The notes below the pieces were generated by a model. That model saw only the letters and a program-made list of their open reading frames with translations. It had not been told where the DNA came from and made no database searches. The position numbers and the translations under genes were made by a program. Positions 1 to 5,000 of a stretch of DNA of 5,000 nucleotides are shown here, in pieces. Source of the stretch: Takakia lepidozioides (Eukaryota > Plantae > Bryophyta); assembly GCA_030704615.1 (NCBI GenBank), contig JAKLZA010000132.1:1-5000 (forward strand), written 5' to 3'. Within the stretch, counting starts at the first letter, position 1, and every line of letters begins with the position of its first letter.

Positions 1-2
1 CT

Positions 3-181
3 GGGCGGTTTTCCGACCGGCACCTCTTTGCCTACGAGGAGGATTCATCCGTGTGGGGATCCCATCTGGAAGGGCTGCAACGGAATGTTAAGGCTCCCGA
101 CAGAGCGGAAGTCTCCTCGGATTCGTCGGAGTCCGAGGAAGACACAGTGGACATTGATGCGGAGGAAAACCCGGAATACGA
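3..181 (+). CDS. Penultimate exon (5'-truncated by window) of an acidic hypothetical protein gene
   Basis: Frame 3 is open from the window start (GRFSDRHLFAYEEDSSVWG...SSDSSESEEDTVDIDAEENPEYE) and ends at a consensus donor GA|GTGAGT at 182. Its acidic composition matches the downstream exon. Confidence 0.7.
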
Positions 182-286
182 GTGAGTGCAAACATTGTAA
201 GTTTGCAAAGCCTTCTGGGTCATTTATGTCAAACGAATTTCCCGACTGTGGTTCTCATTAGTCTCGTTGATGATTGTCATGTGCAG
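182..286 (+). other. Spliceosomal GT-AG intron, 105 nt, phase 2
   Basis: Begins GTGAGT (182-187) and ends TGTGCAG (280-286), with a T-rich interior and a possible branch motif TTGAT at 267-271. Removing it gives GA+G = Glu, eliminates the in-frame TGA at 183 and joins the two reading frames. Confidence 0.72.
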
Positions 287-755
287 GATTGCAGGGTCCG
301 AGTCGAAACATGTAGGGCCTACACTTCCTGCCAGGAAGAATGTCCCGTTCTTTGCGAGGGCCGACTTCATGACGAGCCCGGTGAGGGACTACTCCCTTCC
401 TAGTTATGCAGCTAAACTCGCAAATACAGCGATTAGAAGAAGTGAGAATCCCAGTAAAGTAGAGCAGATTTTGGAGAGGGCTAGGGAGGACAGAAGGATA
501 AGGAAAGAGTTGGCAGCAGCTCAGATAGGTAGACGGGTACGAAAGTACATATGTGATTCAGCGGATGAGAGCGACGCAGACAGGGAGGAAGACGACCCAA
601 CGGAGGTGAGATGGACAGTTCCGCAAGGGGAAGATGGGATTTTTGAAAGCCTGGCCATCGAGCAGTCCGCTGGAGATGAGAAAGGCACTGAGGGGGTGGA
701 GGCGGAGCAGGACAGTCTAGAACAGGATGAGGATTCGGATGATTTTCAAGATTAA
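287..755 (+). CDS. Last exon of acidic, probably disordered hypothetical protein
   Basis: Same frame as ORF 267..755 (IAGSESKHVGP...ILERAREDRRIRKELAAAQIGRRVRKY...EQDEDSDDFQD*). It is purine-rich, with a basic helical segment followed by a D/E-rich tail. Stop TAA at 753-755 is followed by AT-rich 3' sequence. Family not recognised. Confidence 0.7.
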
Positions 756-890
756 TAGAATTTTAATGAAGTCTCTGTAAATGTAAATTCTCTTCCAGAG
801 TATATAAAGGAAATTTTGCCAGACATTCGTGACCCCTCTCCAGTGTGCATTCCAGCCACACAATCGCCCAACCACGACGCTCCCAAAATC

Positions 891-1592
891 AGAAATGGGG
901 CACCGCATTTCCAAAATTTTGGCAACTCTAAGAACCTCTTTTGGAAATGCGGCACCGCATTTCCAAAACAGGGAGGGACTAAATTTCCATTTCAATGTTG
1001 GCATAGTAAAAAGTAATCGGCCGATTGGAAATGCGGTGCCGCATTTCCAAAATTTCCTTTGTCCACGCGCCAGTTTTGGCCTCTCCCGCTCATTGCATGG
1101 ATGCCACCACGCTTACAGAGGTCGAACAAGGAGGTCGAACAAGGAGGTCGAGATGGCGGAATTGAAAATGCGGTGCCGCATTTCAGTATTGGGGATGGTC
1201 GTTGTTCGAACTGCAGGCCCATCAGCAAAAATTGGCACCGCATTCCATTGTAAAAAAAAAGTCGATGACGGACATGGAAATGCGGCGCCGCATTTCCAGA
1301 ACGGACATTGCAATTTGTCCATTTGCAGACCCTCTCACGGAAATGCGGTAACGCATTCCATCGCGCCGGTCGGAAATGTCACACTTTTCGAAGTGTTGTA
1401 CGGAAATGCGGCACCGCATTCCCTTGTCCAAAAAGAAGTTTCCATTGCCAAGCTGGAAATGCGTCGCCGCATTTGCAATGCCAACCTCGTTTTCTGTCCA
1501 ATTTATAGACCCGTGTTGGTATTTCGTGTACCTGGACGGAAATAATGCACCGCATTTCCTTGTCCCACATGGAAATGCGGTGCCGCATTTCG
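891..1592. repeat. Array of 11 dispersed 22-bp palindromes, consensus GGAAATGCGG-NN-CCGCATTTCC
   Basis: Copies start at 891, 943, 1027, 1164, 1226 (degenerate), 1276, 1339, 1402, 1455, 1538 and 1571, with a further relic at 1372. The copy at 939..968 extends to 14-bp arms (TTTTGGAAATGCGG-CA-CCGCATTTCCAAAA). 1275..1298 is a perfect 24-bp palindrome. Intervening sequences are 11-115 nt and mostly unique. Confidence 0.95.
1118..1151 (+). repeat. 13-bp tandem repeat GAGGTCGAACAAG x2.6
   Basis: Exact copies at 1118-1130 and 1131-1143, with a partial copy at 1144-1151. Confidence 0.9.
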
Positions 1593-1605
1593 ATGCCGAC
1601 ATGGC

Positions 1606-1661
1606 GTTACTCTGGTATATTCTTGACACATGACTCACATACCGGTTACTCTGCTATATTC
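1606..1661 (+). repeat. 17-bp direct repeat GTTACTCTG(G/C)TATATTC x2
   Basis: Copies at 1606-1622 and 1645-1661 with one mismatch; each has GACACAT shortly downstream. Confidence 0.8.
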
Positions 1662-1772
1662 ATCCGGACAGACACATTGTAGAAATGAGACATCAAATTG
1701 TAAACAGTGGGCCAATTCCGAGAGTTATTCAACAGAATGAAACACAATCATAAAGAAGTGAGGTACGATGGG

Positions 1773-1778
1773 TTTATT
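1773..1778 (-). terminator. Polyadenylation signal AATAAA for the minus-strand paralog
   Basis: TTTATT on + at 1773-1778, ~70 nt past the stop at 1848. The context GATCAATAAA is identical to that downstream of the + strand paralog. Confidence 0.6.
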
Positions 1779-1847
1779 GATCGGACACGATGTCTCACAT
1801 TTACTAACTGCAGACAAAACTAAGCCCTTCCTCCTTCTACATGGGCT

Positions 1848-2426
1848 TCACCAAGTCGACGGAACTTCGATACCCCTCAAAACAAGCTCATCACTGCTGC
1901 GGCACCTCGAGGTAAACTGCAATTCGGTCGTTCTGCTGCCCTTGCTGGAGCCGACGACAATGTCATGTCCATCAATGATACCACCATCATACATTGACAA
2001 TGTCACTGTGGGCCTCATGTGCCCGTGCGATTCGTCTTCGCAACTCAGCCGAATGTCTCCATACACTGGAAGAGCGGAGTGATCTGCACGTATATAGTTT
2101 TCCCCGGTGCCGTCCTCCCTGGTCCACTGGCAGCAGTTCCAGCGCCAAAGCGAGGCCGTGCGTGATCTGTCCGGCATCCCTTTCCAGCTTGGTATATCGA
2201 GGTCAACAATTTTCAGGACCCACGGACCGCATTGACCCTCGCCCTCACCTCGCTCAAAGCGGTAATAGCCCTCCAGATACTCCATTGCGCGCAAAGACTC
2301 TTGCTTGATTCCAGCAGCGTCTGTGAAAACAGAGAGCCAGACAATGATGTCTCCTGATTCTGGTTTGAACATAGCATAATCGTGGCCATGATAAGGGCAG
2401 TCGGCTGGATTTCGGCGGCACGGCAT
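1848..2426 (-). CDS. Hypothetical protein, paralog A (192 aa from MPCRRN; frame open up to ATG 2549)
   Basis: Intronless ORF aligning end to end with the 2958..3521 product (about 92 identities in ~194 columns, counted by hand). Shared motifs include DYAM, SGDI, FERG, RWxCCxWT, YGDIR, DGG, DIVV and ELVLRxxEVP. The start at 2426 was chosen because it is the Met shared with the paralog (context AGG-ATG-CCG-TGC). Confidence 0.8.
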   Translation of the reverse strand: MPCRRNPADCPYHGHDYAMFKPESGDIIVWLSVFTDAAGIKQESLRAMEYLEGYYRFERGEGEGQCGPWVLKIVDLDIPSWKGMPDRSRTASLWRWNCCQWTREDGTGENYIRADHSALPVYGDIRLSCEDESHGHMRPTVTLSMYDGGIIDGHDIVVGSSKGSRTTELQFTSRCRSSDELVLRGIEVPSTW

Positions 2427-2683
2427 CCTTGAAAAAGAGTAGCGGAGTACGCTCAATGACAGCAGCTCCCGGATGGAGGAGGTGCAGCGCGGTGGCTGGA
2501 AAAAGTTCAAGCTAACGCTGCAATTCCTCACAAACACTCCAGGGCACATTTAAATTTCCCCCCTACAAGATCCTGGACCGATGAAGATTGGCTGCTTCAT
2601 GAATGTAGCCGTTTCAGTTTCCTACCCTGCAATGCAAACTATGGGCACTCACTGCCAGGTGGGCCGATAGCCACTGGACACGA

Positions 2684-2747
2684 CGAAGTCCATCCCCTCT
2701 TCGATGTAAATGCGGCGCCGAATTTCCATCCGGGGGGATGGACTTCG
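2684..2747. repeat. 64-bp imperfect inverted repeat (hairpin/cruciform) centred on a copy of the array palindrome
   Basis: Outer arms CGAAGTCCATCCCC (2684-2697) and GGGGATGGACTTCG (2734-2747) are perfect 14-bp complements. The inner 28-bp palindrome GATGTAAATGCGGC/GCCGAATTTCCATC (2703-2730) has two mismatched pairs. Confidence 0.9.
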
Positions 2748-2957
2748 GTGGCAGATCTCAAACTATAACTTCTTGATGAGAAAGATGTATGGGTTCATCC
2801 ACCTCCGTCGGTGGGTACGTGGGACCCAGATGCTCCATTATTGGAGGCCGGACTGCTCTTCCGCTTCGCATCATTTCCAAAATCTAAGGGCTTCGTAGCT
2901 GTCCGCAAGGTCATTGTCATCTGCATCCAAGTCGTCCTCAGGTCCTCCTTTGCAAGG

Positions 2958-3521
2958 ATGCCGTGCTTCCGGAACCGGGACGACTGCCCATTTGGAGGCA
3001 TCGATTATGCAATGTATTCGGCCACATCAGGAGACATTGTTATCTGGTACACAGATTACACAGAAGATACTGGTTCGATTGTGGAAACATTGGTGGCTTT
3101 TGAGTATATCGTAGGCCACTACGCCTTCGAGCGGGGTGACGATCTTGGTCTGAGGAGTCCGTGGCTCCTGCGCATCCTTGATTCCGATTTTCCCAGCTAC
3201 GACGGTCACCCATGCAGAAGAAGGCGCACTGCTATGCTGTTGCGGTGGCACTGCTGCCACTGGACGTGGGTGGACTCCATCGGAGAGACCTATTCTCCTG
3301 AAGGAGTGCGCTCCTCTTCTCCATTGTATGGGGACATTCGCATTGGTGTGGACGACGAAAACGTGAAGATTTCCATATTCGATGGTGGTATGATTGAAGG
3401 GCAGGACATTGTGGTGAACATCAGTAGGGGCGGTACAACGGCTGCAATAGACTTTACCTGGAGGAGCCCCATGACTCATGAGCTAGTTCTGAGAGCAGTC
3501 GAAGTCCCATTGACAACGTGA
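2958..3521 (+). CDS. Hypothetical protein, paralog B (187 aa from MPCFRN; frame open from 2769)
   Basis: Intronless ORF, full-length homolog of the 1848..2426 product. The first in-frame ATG is 2958 (the track's 2811 start is GTG). Stop TGA at 3519-3521; AATAAA at 3605. Confidence 0.8.
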   Translation: MPCFRNRDDCPFGGIDYAMYSATSGDIVIWYTDYTEDTGSIVETLVAFEYIVGHYAFERGDDLGLRSPWLLRILDSDFPSYDGHPCRRRRTAMLLRWHCCHWTWVDSIGETYSPEGVRSSSPLYGDIRIGVDDENVKISIFDGGMIEGQDIVVNISRGGTTAAIDFTWRSPMTHELVLRAVEVPLTT

Positions 3522-3604
3522 CTTGTATTCAGTAGGCACATGGCTCAAGATTTGATGGCACAATCAGCACAGTAGACGTGCTTCAAATGCAATTCATGTG
3601 GATC

Positions 3605-3610
3605 AATAAA
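3605..3610 (+). terminator. Polyadenylation signal AATAAA for the plus-strand paralog
   Basis: GATCAATAAA at 3601-3610, ~80 nt after the stop, followed by T/GT-rich sequence. Confidence 0.6.
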
Positions 3611-3730
3611 AACCTCATTGTGCCCTCTTTTTATTCTATTCTGTGTCCATCGTTCCGAGAATGCGTCATTGCTCATTTCGTTTGGGATTGGGAGTGGGGG
3701 TGGATTTCGCAAGTGGCTGGTAGGCTGAAA

Positions 3731-3869
3731 TGGGCCCCCATTGTACAGAGCAGTACCACCCTACCATTCGCGAAACATTGCCTTTCAATATATAATTCTA
3801 AATAACATTGCCGAACCTCCTTCATCGGGAGGTCCTTCTCCCCCTATGACCGTGGCACCCTAAACCCTA
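3731..3869 (+). promoter_or_regulatory. Possible plant-type promoter: site II motif, TATA box, telo-box
   Basis: TGGGCC at 3731-3736, TATATAA at 3789-3795 and ACCCTAAACCCTA at 3857-3869 (contains telo-box AAACCCTA). All motifs are short, and no convincing downstream CDS is visible. Confidence 0.3.
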
Positions 3870-3933
3870 TTCCCGCGGACACTCATTTCCGGAAAATAGT
3901 GCTGCTCATGTTTTTTTCCACACTTACGACTCT

Positions 3934-3970
3934 GCTCATGGCTCATGCCGCTCATGGCTCATGGCTCATG
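3934..3970 (+). repeat. 7-bp tandem repeat GCTCATG x5
   Basis: Copies at 3934, 3941, 3950, 3957 and 3964 (CC insertion at 3948-3949), with an extra copy at 3904. Confidence 0.9.
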
Positions 3971-4220
3971 AAATAGTAGCCCCCGGTTGGACAGCCCAAA
4001 TCTGCAGGAGTCAAGTGACTTAAACTCATTTCTCGCTCCTTGCTCATTCTCCTAGTTTCACTTAGTTTGGGGTCTGATATTCATCTGTCGCTCTAGGTCA
4101 GAAAATCTGCAGATTATGACCTTCATGTCAAACGACGTCTATATTGGAATGCAGTTTCGAGGTAAATTATTCCTTCGTTGCGTTTTCATTCCATCCAGGA
4201 TGTCGAGGGGGTTGCTAACC

Positions 4221-4256
4221 CGTGAGCCTGGAGGCGTGAGCCTGTGCCTGTGAGCC
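4221..4256 (+). repeat. GTGAGCC x3 at 14-bp period
   Basis: Copies at 4222, 4236 and 4250. Confidence 0.7.
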
Positions 4257-4740
4257 CAGCATAGGTTCACGCCACGTCATCTATGAATTCTGAACTTACA
4301 AGGCGTATTTCCCCGGGAGGCGCCTATAGCCGCGGATTGACTTACCCTTTTCAGTCATTGCAGATAACGTCTTTTACAACCATACCACCCCCGGCCCTCG
4401 TGTCATAAACAACGATTAGATTAGTGTTCAATTGCCGAAGTGAGAGAGAATGAGGGTGCTGGTTACATGAAGCTTTCATACCAGTCCAAACGTAGTAGTA
4501 GCTTACAGTGCAGATCCCCAGACCCAAAAGTTAGCGGAGTGGAGTTGAGGCTTGGACACGTGAAAATCGCCCACATGGAATAGTGTAATTTAGATGTTGT
4601 GTACATACTAAGCCCTTGCATGTTTGGAAATGGATGAATGTCCTTGTATTTGAATGAAACATTCTGGGGATGGCCGGGATGAAATCAATGTAGGCGGGTT
4701 GACTTAACACAAGCGAATGCACTTTTGACAGGTTCCCCTG

Positions 4741-5000
4741 CAGATGCTTAAAAGTAGTTTGTGGCACCCATACACGTTTTGGTTTTTTTGTTCCCATGAA
4801 GATGCCCTGAAAGTAGTGTGCGGCACCGCACACTCTTTTCGGGGCATCTGAGGTGCACGTTTTCTATGCAGCTGCCCACACATGTTTTTTTTTTTTTTTT
4901 TTTTTTTTTGTTTTGTTCTTTCGCAGATGCCCGGAAAACAGTGTTTCCAGGGCTTCTGCGGAGCACGTTTTCTGTGCAGATGGCCATCCCACATGAGTTT
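4741..5000. repeat. Cluster of three related repeat units (two forming hairpins) separated by T-rich linkers; may continue past the window
   Basis: Units begin AGATGC at 4742, 4800 and 4925. 4800..4849 is a 50-bp imperfect palindrome with centre AGTGTGCGG-CA-CCGCACACT. 4922..4960 is a centre-deleted hairpin. The tails GGGC(A/T)TCTG(A/C)GG(T/A)GCACGTTTTCT(A/G)TGCAG are shared by units 2 and 3. Confidence 0.8.
4885..4909 (+). repeat. Poly(T) tract, 25 nt
   Basis: Uninterrupted T run followed by GTTTTGTTCTTT. Confidence 0.95.

Noticed and set aside
28-403. ORFs 28..261, 32..223 and 182..403 as independent genes
   Set aside because: They are better explained by the frame-3 exon plus the 182..286 intron, and they have non-ATG starts or antisense overlap.
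1381-1396. Small hairpin ACACTT-TTCG-AAGTGT, and palindrome CCAAAATTTTGG at 911-922
   Set aside because: Six-bp stems are expected by chance in 5 kb, and there is no independent support.
829-1545. 238-aa ORF with GNAAPHFQ repeats, and the overlapping ORFs on both strands between 717 and 1638
   Set aside because: These are by-products of a stop-free palindrome. The same peptides (GNAAPHF, EMRxRIS, KCGxAFP) appear in different frames and on both strands, spacings are often not multiples of 3, and the ORF starts at GTG.
891-1592. CRISPR array (palindromic repeats with unique spacers)
   Set aside because: Spacers range from 11 to 115 nt, the repeats are degenerate with only a 2-nt centre that varies in orientation, no cas gene is visible, and the context is eukaryotic (spliceosomal intron, poly(A) signals).
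1768-3479. Antisense or alternative-frame ORFs 1768..2082, 1994..2308, 2710..2898, 2795..3001, 2914..3114, 3027..3479, 3178..3366, 3290..3472
   Set aside because: They are shadows of the two paralogous CDSs. The resemblance between 1768..2082 and 3290..3472 (TTMSCPS, RMSPY) only mirrors sense-strand conservation.
4092-4121. Helitron 3' end (hairpin plus CTAG) on the minus strand
   Set aside because: The hairpin is AT-rich and overlaps the CTAG, and the following base is A rather than the expected T.
4271-4338. Plant histone-promoter hexamer (CCACGTCA) and octamer-like CGCGGATT
   Set aside because: The two motifs are ~50 bp apart rather than adjacent, the octamer is imperfect, and no histone gene follows.
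4116-4495. Possible decayed Mutator/FAR1-type N-terminal fragments (DVYIGMQF; RLVFNCRSERE*GCWLHEA)
   Set aside because: The resemblance is only a few residues in short, stop-interrupted frames and cannot be supported without a profile search (translated search against MuDR/FAR1 HMMs).
4885-4920. Poly(A) tail of a minus-strand retroposon
   Set aside because: No TSD is evident. The tract occupies the same position as the shorter T-rich linker at 4777-4792 between related repeat units, so slippage expansion is the simpler explanation.
4531-4994. Minus-strand ORFs 4531..4833, 4704..4994 and 4748..4987 (poly-Lys)
   Set aside because: They run through the repeat cluster and the poly(T) tract; the poly-Lys and duplicated LHRKRAPQ are translations of DNA repeats.

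Overview
Eukaryotic genomic DNA, tentatively plant lineage (a GT-AG intron, AATAAA signals, a CCCTAAACCCTA telo-box). From left to right: (1) the 3' end of a spliced + strand gene for an acidic, low-complexity protein (<3..181 joined to 287..755). (2) A ~700 bp non-coding array of 11 copies of the 22-bp palindrome GGAAATGCGG-NN-CCGCATTTCC (891..1592), whose centres are spaced at near-integer helical turns. (3) Two divergently oriented paralogous genes of an unrecognised ~190-aa family (1848..2426 on -, 2958..3521 on +, ~47% identical by hand alignment). Between them is a 64-bp inverted repeat centred on a 12th copy of the palindrome (2684..2747). (4) A promoter-like, short-repeat region (3730..4260). 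(5) A second cluster of hairpin-forming repeats at the right edge (4741..5000) with the same TGCGG-CA-CCGCA core. No protein could be assigned to a known family. The layout suggests a cis-acting protein-binding system inside a mobile or virus-like element, but that is inference.
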